Shown: positions 30,084 to 40,077, counted from the first letter of the stretch. The stretch is DNA of 64,000 nucleotides from Candidatus Heimdallarchaeota archaeon (GCA_018238545.1 JABCTC010000008.1:14264-78263); one strand, 5' to 3'. A program made the numbers and translations. Notes: generated by a model from the letters alone, not told the origin.

Positions 30084-30461
30084 ATGATAGGTGGAAAAAG
30101 ACCAATGTCACCTCGTGAAGCTAAAAGAATGCAAGCGAGAATGAGACAAATTGAATTGGAAGATGTAGAAGAAGTAATTATTCGCTTTGCAGACAAGGAA
30201 ACGGTGATCTATACCCCTTCTGTTAGGAAAGCTTTTATTCCTGGTATGATGGATTCTGACACGTGGCAAGTTGTAGGACCCGGCATTGACCGTCCTCGAG
30301 GTAGCGAATCTGGTGCGACTGCCGGTGTTAATATCAATGAAGCAGATGTAGAGCTGGTTATGGCTCAAACAGGTGCATCAGAAGAGGCAGTTCGCAAAGT
30401 CCTAGAAGAAGAAAACGGCGATTTAGCTGGAGCCATTGTAAAACTAAAAATAAAGAAATAG
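30084..30461 (+). CDS. nac: Nascent polypeptide-associated complex alpha subunit (NAC domain plus UBA)
   Basis: PREAKRMQARMRQIELEDVEEVIIR NAC domain. C-terminal UBA-like EEAVRKVLEEENGDLAGAI. Confidence 0.8.
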   Translation: MIGGKRPMSPREAKRMQARMRQIELEDVEEVIIRFADKETVIYTPSVRKAFIPGMMDSDTWQVVGPGIDRPRGSESGATAGVNINEADVELVMAQTGASEEAVRKVLEEENGDLAGAIVKLKIKK

Positions 30462-30463
30462 AT

Positions 30464-30949
30464 TTATTTCTTTTCCCCTATTCCCTTTCTTGTATCTACT
30501 GCAACACCAATATTCATCTGTAACATCAGCTTTCCAGGCATTTTTGCTATTCCGATTCCAATAAATTCGTCTTGGTGATTAACAATTAGTACTTCTTCCT
30601 TAGGGGATATTTTTTCATCGGCTTCTAAAACGTGTTTTGCAAAAACAGATTTGCTTTTTCTTATGAAAGATTCTATGTCTTCAATTATCTTTACTCTCAA
30701 TCCTAGTTTGTTCTCATATAATTTTTCTCCACCCACAATGGAAAGTATAAGAAAACCATCACGAACACGAAAAGAGCATAATCTATCACCGTTTAAATAC
30801 ACAATTTTTATCCTTTTTGTGCCCCTAGAACGTTCAATCATTATATCTTTAGGAAACAATACATCGCCTGCCCCTCTTCCAAATTGAAAATCGGCTATCC
30901 CCTTTAGTTGCCTTATGTCATAAAGTGTTGGTTTCTCCAATCTAGGCAT
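30464..30949 (-). CDS. PUA-domain-like predicted RNA-binding protein
   Basis: Probable start MPRLEK. The C-terminal region has a PUA-like beta pattern. Weak. Confidence 0.35.
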   Translation of the reverse strand: MPRLEKPTLYDIRQLKGIADFQFGRGAGDVLFPKDIMIERSRGTKRIKIVYLNGDRLCSFRVRDGFLILSIVGGEKLYENKLGLRVKIIEDIESFIRKSKSVFAKHVLEADEKISPKEEVLIVNHQDEFIGIGIAKMPGKLMLQMNIGVAVDTRKGIGEKK

Positions 30950-31007
30950 GTTATGTAGACTGTTTGTATTAGTAATAAAAATTGTTATTGGCAAGAAATA
31001 GTTCTTT

Positions 31008-31871
31008 CTAATATTTATCAACAAAGATATCCGAACATAAATGATACAATCTTGGTGAATATTTTTTAATTTGCCTAATCTCTTTTACTTCTATTTTGTA
31101 TCCGGATTCATTTATGGCTTGTTTAACAATCTCTATTGGTTGTTCTAAATTATCTCGGGGCGCTAGACTGTGATAGTGTATCCACCCTTGATTTTCTATT
31201 GCTTCTAAGGCACATCGAAACTGATTGTAATCAATGTCAAAGTACCCCATTAACACTCTAGTTGCAAAGTTTTTCGGTGTACTAGTTCTATTATTTCCAT
31301 AGATTGGAAAATATCTATTACTTACTTTGTTTACCGCAATATTTTGTTTTAGAAAATCAAACGCAATTTGATTCCATTCAATGCCGTAAACTCTAATAGA
31401 CGGTCTATTCACAACAATAGGCAAGGATAAATTTCCAATACAAGCAAACATATCACAAATGACTTCGTTATCATTCACTGCTTGAATTAAATGATTTCTT
31501 TCATTCTTATTTCCTGGAGAAAATGTGACCGATTCCAAATCTATTTTGAAAATAGTATTAAATTCTTTGTGGGAAGTTTTTGTCCTTTTTTCTCCAGCGA
31601 CATGCGTAATAACTGGTTTTCGATAAGGTGAAATAGTGTCTAATTGCTCTACAACTATCTTAACTTGAGGATCAATTGAGATTAATTTCTCCCCTATCGT
31701 TCTTTTGTAGTCATCTATCTTTGGATTTAGATGTCTAATAACTGCAATATCTCCTATAACAGCATACCCAGAAGGTAGCCTATCTAGTAAATCTTTGGGC
31801 ATTTTCCTCTTTAGTGATTCTTGAAGTTTCTCTTTGAATTTCATTAAACCTAAAGAATCTTTTAACACCAA
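31008..31871 (-). CDS. trm5: tRNA (guanine37-N1)-methyltransferase Trm5 / Taw2 (Met-10+ family)
   Basis: DMFACIGNLSLP (DMFAGIG-type SAM motif). About 290 aa, Met-10+ like. Confidence 0.7.
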   Translation of the reverse strand: MVLKDSLGLMKFKEKLQESLKRKMPKDLLDRLPSGYAVIGDIAVIRHLNPKIDDYKRTIGEKLISIDPQVKIVVEQLDTISPYRKPVITHVAGEKRTKTSHKEFNTIFKIDLESVTFSPGNKNERNHLIQAVNDNEVICDMFACIGNLSLPIVVNRPSIRVYGIEWNQIAFDFLKQNIAVNKVSNRYFPIYGNNRTSTPKNFATRVLMGYFDIDYNQFRCALEAIENQGWIHYHSLAPRDNLEQPIEIVKQAINESGYKIEVKEIRQIKKYSPRLYHLCSDIFVDKY

Positions 31872-31911
31872 TTTTTAATATTATCCTCTCTTTCATATTA
31901 ATAGAAGAAGA

Positions 31912-32460
31912 ATGTTACTACAAGCAAAATTGAACCAAGACTTTGCATTAATAGTAGAAAAAGAAGGTAATTCTCTATACAGTCAAGGTTGGTATGGTCA
32001 ATATACAAACAAGAATCACTTGAAATTAGATCCCTATGAGACCGTGATTCTCCTAGAAAGAGGCAGAATTGAAGTAGTAGAATCAAATGATGATATCTTA
32101 TCTCTCTCTGAAGTGGTAGCATTTTTCTCAAATAACATCCCAAATTTTCTCGTTCATTATCTTCTCTATAAAGACTTGCGCGGAAGAGGCTATGTTATAA
32201 AACGCCATTCGAAGAACAATAAATACTTCGAACTCTACGAAAGAGGTGCAACTCCTAAAAATGCAAAACATTTAGCATTGGTAGTTCCCATGGTTGAGGG
32301 TGTTTTGTTTGACATAGACAGCATTGATCAAATTGTCTCTGAATCAAAATCAATTAGTAAGCAATTGATTTTTGCAGTTATTGACAGTTTGGGGGATGTT
32401 TCTTATTACAGTGTAAGTGAGCTAGAATTCCCTGATCTTACTGAACAAAAGGAGATTTGA
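31912..32460 (+). CDS. endA: tRNA-splicing endonuclease subunit (EndA family). Catalytic residues look degenerate, so it may be a structural subunit
   Basis: EndA-like N-terminal domain and a C-terminal YKDLRGRGYVIK segment resembling the nuclease domain. No clear His/Lys catalytic context. Confidence 0.5.
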   Translation: MLLQAKLNQDFALIVEKEGNSLYSQGWYGQYTNKNHLKLDPYETVILLERGRIEVVESNDDILSLSEVVAFFSNNIPNFLVHYLLYKDLRGRGYVIKRHSKNNKYFELYERGATPKNAKHLALVVPMVEGVLFDIDSIDQIVSESKSISKQLIFAVIDSLGDVSYYSVSELEFPDLTEQKEI

Positions 32461-32464
32461 TGAA

Positions 32465-34285
32465 ATGAAATATACACCTGATACAAGCGTAATAATAAAT
32501 GGTCAGTTTTTAAAATATCTTTCAACACAAAAAGACGTTGAAACAATCGTCCTTTCGCGCGTTGTTTTAGCTGAAATAGAAAATATGGCAAATCAAGCAA
32601 AAACAACAGGAATGGTAGCCTTAGAAGAATTACAATCTATGAGAGATTTCTGTGCAAAGAATGGTTTCAATATACTTATTGATGGTTTTAGGCCAACAAG
32701 TAATCAGATACGAGGGGCTCCATCAGGAGAATTAGATGCACAAATTCGAGAGTTGGCACAAGAGCATCAATCTATGTTAGTTACTTCTGATAAAGTGATG
32801 GCAGAAATTGGGAAGGCTGAAGGGCTTGTTGTTGTATATCTTAAGCAAGCTACCAGAAGCATAGGTAAGAAGATTGAAGATTACTTTGATGAACAAACGA
32901 TGTCAATCCATTTACGAGAGAAAAATCCCCCATTAGGAAAAAAGGGAAAACCTGGAGATTTTGAGCTAGTTAGCTTGTCTGATGAGGAGATTCTTACTCG
33001 AGAATATCTCGAAGAACTAGCTAAAGATGTTATAGAGAGAGCAACTAGAGAAGAAGACAGTTTCATAGAATCTGATAGATTTGGTACTTCTGTTATTCAA
33101 CTAAGGAATACCAGAATTGTGATTATTCGTCCTCCTTTTAGTGATGCAATGGAAATAACAGCAGTAAGACCGATTCTAAAACTCACACTAGAAGATTATA
33201 AATTGGATTATAAATTACTCGAAAGAATTGAGAAAAAAGCTGAAGGGATCATTATTGCTGGACCTCCTGGCGCTGGGAAAAGCACATTTGCTACAGCGGT
33301 TGCTGAGTTTTATGCTGACAAAGGTAAGATTGTAAAAACATTTGAGAATCCTAGAGATTTGCAAGTTGATAACAGGATAACACAAATGTCTGGTTTTGAA
33401 GGGGATATCTCTGCTTCTGCAGATTTGGTTCTTCTCATGCGTCCTGATCATGTTATTTATGATGAATTAAGAAAAACAAAGGATTTTGAAACTTATTCAG
33501 ATTTGCGTTTGGCAGGGATTGGTCTGTTGGGTGTAGTTCACGCAACACAAGCAATAGATGGTATTCAACGATTTATCAAACGAGTAGACTTGGGCATTAT
33601 CCCTTCTATTGTTGACACCATTATTTTTATTGCAAAGGGAGATGTTGCAAAAATTTACACTCTTTTTATGACAGTTAAAGTTCCGACAGGAATGACCGAA
33701 AAGGATCTAAGCAGACCAGTGATTCTCGTAAAAGATTTCCTCACAAATAAACCAGAATATGAAATTTACACTTTTGGTGAGCAAATAGTTGTTTCTCCAA
33801 TTAATAAATCTACAAGACGTTCAGCGAGTGGGAAATCCATCTCGTCTGTAACACCAGCAAGATTACAGAAGGTGCTGAAGAAATACTCTATTTATGATTT
33901 CAATTTTAAATTCGAACCTCCAAATTCATTATCCCTCTTCGTTTCAGACAAAGATAGACCACGCGTAATAGGAAAAAATGGAAAAAGGATTGAAGAAATA
34001 GAACAAAAACTTGGTTTATCAATAGATGTGAAAACCTTTGGGGAGAAACAAGAAAATGAAGAAGCGGAATATATCTTGGATGTTTATCCTACAAAGAGCA
34101 AGATGATAGTAGTGTTCCCCCCAACCTGTATTGGTGAGGATGTTTTGATTGCAATAAATGGTGAGGTTGTGTTTCAACTAACTGTAGGAAAATCTGGAGA
34201 AATCGGCATCGGAAAAGATACTGAAACAGGAAGAGCATTATCGGATGCTCATAAAAAAGGAGCAACAATTAGTGCTATTTTATGA
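32465..34285 (+). CDS. PIN-domain plus PilT-type ATPase plus KH-domain protein (COG1855-like)
   Basis: N-terminal PIN, Walker A AGPPGAGKSTFA, C-terminal KH (IGKNGKRIEEIEQKLG). Confidence 0.7.
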   Translation: MKYTPDTSVIINGQFLKYLSTQKDVETIVLSRVVLAEIENMANQAKTTGMVALEELQSMRDFCAKNGFNILIDGFRPTSNQIRGAPSGELDAQIRELAQEHQSMLVTSDKVMAEIGKAEGLVVVYLKQATRSIGKKIEDYFDEQTMSIHLREKNPPLGKKGKPGDFELVSLSDEEILTREYLEELAKDVIERATREEDSFIESDRFGTSVIQLRNTRIVIIRPPFSDAMEITAVRPILKLTLEDYKLDYKLLERIEKKAEGIIIAGPPGAGKSTFATAVAEFYADKGKIVKTFENPRDLQVDNRITQMSGFEGDISASADLVLLMRPDHVIYDELRKTKDFETYSDLRLAGIGLLGVVHATQAIDGIQRFIKRVDLGIIPSIVDTIIFIAKGDVAKIYTLFMTVKVPTGMTEKDLSRPVILVKDFLTNKPEYEIYTFGEQIVVSPINKSTRRSASGKSISSVTPARLQKVLKKYSIYDFNFKFEPPNSLSLFVSDKDRPRVIGKNGKRIEEIEQKLGLSIDVKTFGEKQENEEAEYILDVYPTKSKMIVVFPPTCIGEDVLIAINGEVVFQLTVGKSGEIGIGKDTETGRALSDAHKKGATISAIL

Positions 34286-35020
34286 TTCTTCCTTTTCAGA
34301 TCTCGTGAAGACTACTTCAGAAGAAGTGGGGTGTCCAATGATTATTCTATCAGAATCATCTGGAAATATTCCATTTTCAACTACTCCTGGGATTAATGTT
34401 ATCTGTCTTTCCATTACGAACGGGTCATATGGTTCCTTGAAGTGAACATCACCAATTATATTACCATTATCAGAAACCACAGGACCAATCTTCCCTGTAC
34501 CGTATCGCAGTTTAAATTCACCACCCAAATCAAAGATGGGTTTAATTATGGTATTTATGGCTTGGGGAAGTACTTCAATTGGAACAGGAAAACTATTTAG
34601 TTCTCTGGGAAATTTAGAAAAATCTGCTATAACAATAAACTCTTGGGATGCTCGTGCCATAATTTTTTCCATTGTCAAAGCTCCACCTCCACCTTTTATA
34701 AGTACAAAATCCTCCGTGATTATATCTGCTCCATCCACATAAATTTCCAATTCTGATTCTTCAATCAGTGACCCTGTTGGTAAACCTACTTTCGCTAATT
34801 CAATCTGACTTTCGAGTGATGAAGGAATGCAAAGAATATCTAACTCATCTTTTTCAACCAGTTCAGAAAGAGCTTGAATAAAGAACTTTACAGTGCTACC
34901 TGTGCCTATTCCAACTGTAAAGTCATCATAAATGAACTCTTTAGCAGCTCTTACCGCTGCGTTTATCTTAGAATTATCAATATTCTCTGTCATTGCAATA
35001 TCACTTATTCTAAATGACAT
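34280..35020 (-). CDS. rpiA: Ribose-5-phosphate isomerase A
   Basis: GIGTGSTV, DGADII, KGGGGAL signatures. Confidence 0.85.
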   Translation of the reverse strand: MSFRISDIAMTENIDNSKINAAVRAAKEFIYDDFTVGIGTGSTVKFFIQALSELVEKDELDILCIPSSLESQIELAKVGLPTGSLIEESELEIYVDGADIITEDFVLIKGGGGALTMEKIMARASQEFIVIADFSKFPRELNSFPVPIEVLPQAINTIIKPIFDLGGEFKLRYGTGKIGPVVSDNGNIIGDVHFKEPYDPFVMERQITLIPGVVENGIFPDDSDRIIIGHPTSSEVVFTRSEKEES

Positions 35021-35117
35021 TAGAAAGAATTACTTGTAAAATCTTTTGTATTAAGAACGCACGTTATGAAACTTGGTCAAACTTGCCAGAGGCGGTCTAA
35101 CCGTCGTTTAAGTGGGT

Positions 35118-35138
35118 CCCCTCACGTGCGATGAGGGG
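35118..35138. repeat. Perfect GC-rich hairpin (CCCCTCA-cgtgcga-TGAGGGG) at the 3' end of the TnpB fragment. Candidate IS200/IS605 right-end or omega-RNA structure
   Basis: 7-bp stem and 7-nt loop, read directly. It abuts the tnpB stop (35146). Confidence 0.6.
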
Positions 35139-35145
35139 AAGAGGA

Positions 35146-35856
35146 TCATAGAGGAGGAAGGAGAGTACCAGGAAGGGAAGCAATGTTTTGGGCAGCATTA
35201 CTATGTGTGTTAACCTTCTGCCCACACTTCTTACAGGGAGCAACATCATATTGGTTTCGACCACGAACTAGTGTTCCTCCACAGCCATAGTGCAGAGTGC
35301 TGGTGTGATAAGGAAGAACTGATTCTAATTGCACATCATAGCCTAGCTCTTGAGAAGCTAACCTTACTGCTTTCTTGTAGATGAACAAACTGTCAGGCAT
35401 GGTGTAAATAGCTTTTGCTAAAGCTCCTTTAGTACCAGTAGGGTCAACTGTGAGTTGCTCAACCTTCAATTTTTTACACTGTTTTTTCATCATAACAGCA
35501 GCAAGAAAGTGGGGAAGGAGACGAGTAAGTTCGCGAAGAAGTCTCGACCGTCGAGTATATAGCCTGTTGAGCTCACCTAGTAACTTACAACAACCATGAG
35601 CATCACCTGCTTTACGCTTGCTAAGCAACCCACGATGGAGTTCGGGGAGAACTTTATCACTAAGATGAGTATAGTTTTTAGCCAAGTGCAGCAAATCAGG
35701 AGGGAGAGAAAGAGGAATATTAAATGCTACCATGTGTTTCCCTAAACGGTTGATATCTATACCTAGAATAGCTTGTTTCCTTCCAGCTATCTGGGGGAGA
35801 TAGGTGTGGAGAAGGGTAGAGGAGTGGAAACGAGCAATTTTTCTTCTTTTTCTCAT
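35146..35856 (-). mobile_element. tnpB: N-terminally truncated TnpB (IS200/IS605 OrfB-family RuvC-like nuclease). GC-rich relative to its surroundings
   Basis: RuvC-I GIDIN, RuvC-II KVEQL, TS...CGGT...C..CG zinc finger, and HSNAAQNIA RuvC-III. Only 236 aa with no WED/REC domain. No tnpA. Confidence 0.75.
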
Positions 35857-36091
35857 CTTCTTAGGATATTTGATGATACTCCTTACATTCTTGCTACCAC
35901 CCCAATTCTTACTAATATGTTTTCTTTTCTCACTATTTGGTCAAAAGTATATCTCACCTCTCCTCCTACGGCAAGATTGGATAGGTTTTTGTTCTTCAGT
36001 AGATTAAGGTTGTTAATAAAAATAAAATAAAAATAGTTTGAGAGGTAGAATTTGTACCAACTCCTCTCGTTTTAGAATGGTAAAAGTGAAA

Positions 36092-36991
36092 CTATTGTTG
36101 TTCACTCATGAATTTTTTAAGACGATCTAATTCCTTCAACATTTCTTTGCGTAGTGCTGCAATCGAAGTGCTCTTTGCGAACAAATCTCCTTCTCCTCCT
36201 TCTGGAGTTGAAGATGGTGCAATTGCTGGTGCAGGTGGTTTAGGTGTTGGCATGCTAGGTGCTGGAATTGAGGGTGTCACTGTTCCAGACTTAGGTGCAG
36301 TTGGCATTGGTGGTGATGGAATTGCAGTTGGGGGTGGAATTTTTCCAATTGATGGTGGCATTGGTGGGCTTGGTGGAGCTGCAGCTGCTGAAGTTGGCAT
36401 TGGTGGTGTTGGAGGAGCTCCAGCGTCTTTCTTTTTCTTTTTCTCCTTCTTAACCTTCTTTTCCTTAGCAGGTTTAGTTGGAGGAGCTGGAGGAGCAGTT
36501 GTTGGAACAGCGGCAGGAGTTTCTATTTTTTCTTCTCCCTTAATTTTACTGAGATAGTCTCCTTGCATTTTCTTTAGTTCTTGCTCTAATTGCGATACTT
36601 CTGCTTCTCTTGCAGTTTTCTCAATTTCATCTTCAATCTTCTTTACATCTGATGTGTATCTTACAGATAATCTTGTGAATATGCTTTCACCAATTTCTTT
36701 CTTTTTGTGAGCATCTGACAATGCACGTTGCGCTCCTAAAAATTTAGCTTTTTCAATTTTTAAAATTGCAATCCTCTCTGCTGGTGGGATATCAGACGGT
36801 ACAGGTCGATCTGTTTCCAAGTCCATATCTAGCAAAGTTGGTGAGTCTCTTTTCTTGTAAACTTTTGTTGAAATGGCTACTGCTATAGCAGATAAAATGA
36901 AAAATACTATTATCAAATATATAAGCATCTTAAGACCTGAATCGGTCATGCTAGCTGGGGGTAAATCTCTGAACCAATCTGTAATTGTCAT
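36092..36991 (-). CDS. Membrane-anchored coiled-coil protein with a long proline-rich low-complexity region (PPMP/PPxP repeats)
   Basis: One N-terminal TM helix, a heptad-like charged region, about 110 aa of P/A/T-rich repeats with a poly-K block, then a C-terminal amphipathic helix. Confidence 0.6.
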   Translation of the reverse strand: MTITDWFRDLPPASMTDSGLKMLIYLIIVFFILSAIAVAISTKVYKKRDSPTLLDMDLETDRPVPSDIPPAERIAILKIEKAKFLGAQRALSDAHKKKEIGESIFTRLSVRYTSDVKKIEDEIEKTAREAEVSQLEQELKKMQGDYLSKIKGEEKIETPAAVPTTAPPAPPTKPAKEKKVKKEKKKKKDAGAPPTPPMPTSAAAAPPSPPMPPSIGKIPPPTAIPSPPMPTAPKSGTVTPSIPAPSMPTPKPPAPAIAPSSTPEGGEGDLFAKSTSIAALRKEMLKELDRLKKFMSEQQ

Positions 36992-37159
36992 ATCCTTGCC
37001 TCTTGAAATTTTAGTTAAATATAATCTTTTTATTTCTTTCTCTGTCTATTAAGTATGAAATTATGGTTAATAAACTCTATTACTGTTGCCATGGCATCTG
37101 TGCTTAATATAGCTGAATCGTGATGTAAAAATTGTAGAATAAAAGAAATTTCATTTTGA

Positions 37160-37813
37160 TTATTGTTCCTTTTTTGTTTCCAAAATTGCTTTTACTCTCT
37201 TAAGTCTGGAAAATGTTTCTCTTTCTTGTTCCTCAAGTGTACTAGCAATAAAAGTAGCAATTGCCTTTAATTTTGGAATAAGTATATAATTTAATGCGTT
37301 AACTCTCCTCTTTGTTTTGTTGATTTCAGTTGCTAACTTTTCTAGTAATGTCATTTTTTCTGCAATAACCATCAATGTACGTAAGGATTTGCGAAAATGA
37401 ACAATCGCTCTATCGAGTTGAGCACTCGAACTAGCTAATCCGTAAAAGATGTCATTACTGTCTTTTTCTTCTTCTTCAACTATAAATCTGGGTGATTTTA
37501 CTCCCATTATACTTACGGTTTGTGTTTTAATTTCTAAAACTGCTGGCGCATATTGTGCAAGATCCCGGATTTTATCTGGTCCTACAATCATTTCTGCTTT
37601 AGCTAACGATTGATATGCGATTAATAGTTCATCTTCAAATTTCTTTCTCGCAACACGTACTTCATCTTTGATGGCATATAATTCAATAACTAAAGCATCC
37701 ATTTTTTCTTTGAGGAGATCATGCCCTTTTTGAGCTAAACGGGTTCTGGATCTTGTATTCAGTAGCTCCATTCTAGTTGCGCTAATTGTACCAAATTCAG
37801 GAGTTGCCATCAA
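37160..37813 (-). CDS. atpD: A/V-type ATP synthase subunit D
   Basis: ATRMELLNTRSRTRLAQKGHDLLKEKMDAL matches the AtpD N-terminus. 217 aa. Confidence 0.8.
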   Translation of the reverse strand: MMATPEFGTISATRMELLNTRSRTRLAQKGHDLLKEKMDALVIELYAIKDEVRVARKKFEDELLIAYQSLAKAEMIVGPDKIRDLAQYAPAVLEIKTQTVSIMGVKSPRFIVEEEEKDSNDIFYGLASSSAQLDRAIVHFRKSLRTLMVIAEKMTLLEKLATEINKTKRRVNALNYILIPKLKAIATFIASTLEEQERETFSRLKRVKAILETKKEQ

Positions 37814-37949
37814 AAAAAACAGAGTTAATTATATTATATAGTTTTTGATTAGTAGAAGACAGTTAACAATTGTCTTTCTTTGTGTTTAATGGAAAGACAT
37901 TTTATCTGATACAATTTCTTTTATTAAAGCAGACAAGTGTGAAAAAGAA

Positions 37950-38555
37950 ATGGCAAATAGTGAAATCTTTGATAGAACAAAAGATTCTAATGAGCTGGTT
38001 TTCCCAGGAACTCGTTTAGCAGTAACAGAAGAGTTTATTGCAGGACCTGGTACTTATTCAACAGAAGATTACATCTATTCTTCAGTTGCAGGGCTTGTTA
38101 TAATAGATTTAGGAAAACATGAAATTACAGTTATGCCTAAAGCTAAAATGACCCCTGTTCCCAAAAACAATGCAATCGTTCTTGGCAAAGTGGTGAATGT
38201 TTCGCGTCAAGTAGTTACTGTATCAGTATTTTCAATTGAAAATCAAGAAATCTATCCAACATATACCATGGTTATACATATTTCAAGTATCTCTCGCGAA
38301 TATTTAGAAACAATTGATGAAGCAATCTGTTCAGGCGACATTGTACGTGCAAAAATTCTTGATTCAAAAACCATACCCCTTCAAGGATCCTTAATTAGTT
38401 CTCAACTTGGAGTCATACAATCTAATTGCTCAATATGCGGAGCAAAGTTAAATAAAATTGGAAGAAATAAGTTGAAATGTTCCAGATGTTCAAACATTGA
38501 AGGTAGAAAAACTGCAATTGATTTTGGCAGTGGGCATTTGGGGTATAAACTCTAA
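37950..38555 (+). CDS. csl4: Exosome complex RNA-binding subunit Csl4 (S1 plus zinc ribbon)
   Basis: N-terminal domain, S1 domain, C-terminal CSICG...CSRC zinc ribbon. Confidence 0.75.
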   Translation: MANSEIFDRTKDSNELVFPGTRLAVTEEFIAGPGTYSTEDYIYSSVAGLVIIDLGKHEITVMPKAKMTPVPKNNAIVLGKVVNVSRQVVTVSVFSIENQEIYPTYTMVIHISSISREYLETIDEAICSGDIVRAKILDSKTIPLQGSLISSQLGVIQSNCSICGAKLNKIGRNKLKCSRCSNIEGRKTAIDFGSGHLGYKL

Positions 38556-38573
38556 ATATTATTAAACACTCTC

Positions 38574-39272
38574 TTGGTGATTATCTTGACTAAAGCAACT
38601 ACAAAAGATGTACACATAAGTCTTTCAAATAAAGATCATCTCCAGTTCTTTATTGAGGTTTTGTCCAAAGCACTAGAACATGTAGAGTTTATCCTAAACT
38701 ATAAACAAGGTGGAATAAAAGTTCGCCTTTTTGGAGAACGAGAAACTGTGTTACAATCTGTCGAAATCGTAAAAACATTTGGAAAGATGATATCAAATTC
38801 TGTTACTCCAGATAATGATGGTTATTATGCTCATCATTTACGAATCATTCAACAAATAAGTACAAAAATCATTTCTTTGGATAGTTTAAGTTCAGTTCTA
38901 CAGTATTCTGGTGTACCGTCCTATCAAGAAGATAAAGAATTAATCACAAAAGCAGATATGAACCTAGTTCAAAAGGTTCTCGAAGAATTGTTTGACATTC
39001 TCCAAAACATACCTCTAGATGTTAGATCACAAACTATGAAGAAAGTAGTTCTAACAGTTTCGTATTGCACAAATTATGAACCTGCCTTCATTATAAATCA
39101 AGGATTAGAATATGGTTTATTCAAGTATCAGAGAGAAACGTTAGCCATAGCAGAACCTCCAGAAAAATGCATTGAGGATTTAATTGAAAAATTATCTTCT
39201 GAAAATGTAAAAGCTAAATATGAAGTTTTTAGGAAAAGTAGAAAATCTACTGATTTTCATCTCATCAGGTAA
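38574..39272 (+). CDS. Conserved hypothetical protein between csl4 and rpoL
   Basis: 232 aa. No motifs recognised. Confidence 0.3.
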   Translation: MVIILTKATTKDVHISLSNKDHLQFFIEVLSKALEHVEFILNYKQGGIKVRLFGERETVLQSVEIVKTFGKMISNSVTPDNDGYYAHHLRIIQQISTKIISLDSLSSVLQYSGVPSYQEDKELITKADMNLVQKVLEELFDILQNIPLDVRSQTMKKVVLTVSYCTNYEPAFIINQGLEYGLFKYQRETLAIAEPPEKCIEDLIEKLSSENVKAKYEVFRKSRKSTDFHLIR

Positions 39273-39344
39273 ATAATAGTTTAAAACACAAGACTGATAA
39301 AATATATAAATTCGATAATAACAGAAACAGCTGAGGAAGAAAAA

Positions 39345-39629
39345 TTGCAAATCAAAATTATAAAAAATGAAGAAGGGTATCTTAAGCTTCAAATCACAGA
39401 TACTGATCCACATACTTTATTCAACTTATTACGTGAGGAACTCTTAAAAGATGATAAAGTAGATTTTGCAGGATATTGGAGAGACGAATCTTTTTACGAA
39501 TCACTCATATTCCAGCTCAGAATGAATAAGAAAACTTCTGATCCTATTCAAGCAATCAACGAAGCTCTCGAACGCATCGGTGTTCATACAAAGGAATTCA
39601 TTGATTTGTGCAAAGCTAAAATTGAGTAA
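39345..39629 (+). CDS. rpoL: DNA-directed RNA polymerase subunit L (Rpb11 homolog)
   Basis: DPHTLFNLLREELLKDDKVDFAGYWRDES ... PIQAINEALERI matches the Rpo11 pattern. Confidence 0.7.
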   Translation: MQIKIIKNEEGYLKLQITDTDPHTLFNLLREELLKDDKVDFAGYWRDESFYESLIFQLRMNKKTSDPIQAINEALERIGVHTKEFIDLCKAKIE

Positions 39630-39631
39630 AT

Positions 39632-40075
39632 GTGGTGGTCTTTTTGGACTCACCTAATAACCTTCCCTTAAATTTAAAGAACATCCTTTCTAATAGCAAT
39701 TTTGCTAAATTTGGTGATTCACTGGTTAACTTTCTTTATAATGTAGCTATATTTGAAGCAACCAAGAACCTTCAAGGTGTAAAAGTCTGGGATCAAAGCC
39801 TCGCAGAAGCATGTAGAAATTCTCCATTAAGAAGTTACCTGGGAGGAAGAAAAAATGCAGGGGAGCTAGGAGATGCCGTAGAAGCTTTTCTTGGTTTTTT
39901 GTATATTAAAAACCCACTTGTGCTTCCTGAGATGATAACAACACTTTCACGCTTTATTCGTAATAATAGTCATCTGTATCAGAAAAACGAAAAAAAACTC
40001 TGTTCAGCAGCATTTTCACATTTGATAAATTATTATTGCAAGAAAAATGATATCTTAGTTAATAAAACAATTTAA
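39632..40075 (+). CDS. RNase III-domain-like protein
   Basis: FGDSLVNFLYNVAIFE and GDAVEAFLGF resemble the RNase III signature (ERLEFLGDA). Confidence 0.4.
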   Translation: MVVFLDSPNNLPLNLKNILSNSNFAKFGDSLVNFLYNVAIFEATKNLQGVKVWDQSLAEACRNSPLRSYLGGRKNAGELGDAVEAFLGFLYIKNPLVLPEMITTLSRFIRNNSHLYQKNEKKLCSAAFSHLINYYCKKNDILVNKTI

Positions 40076-40077
40076 CA

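Noticed and set aside
35773-36030. Plus-strand ORFs 35773..36030 and 35804..36007 next to the TnpB fragment.
   Set aside because: They are low-complexity L/F-rich frames overlapping the tnpB 5' region and IS end. They are not credible genes.
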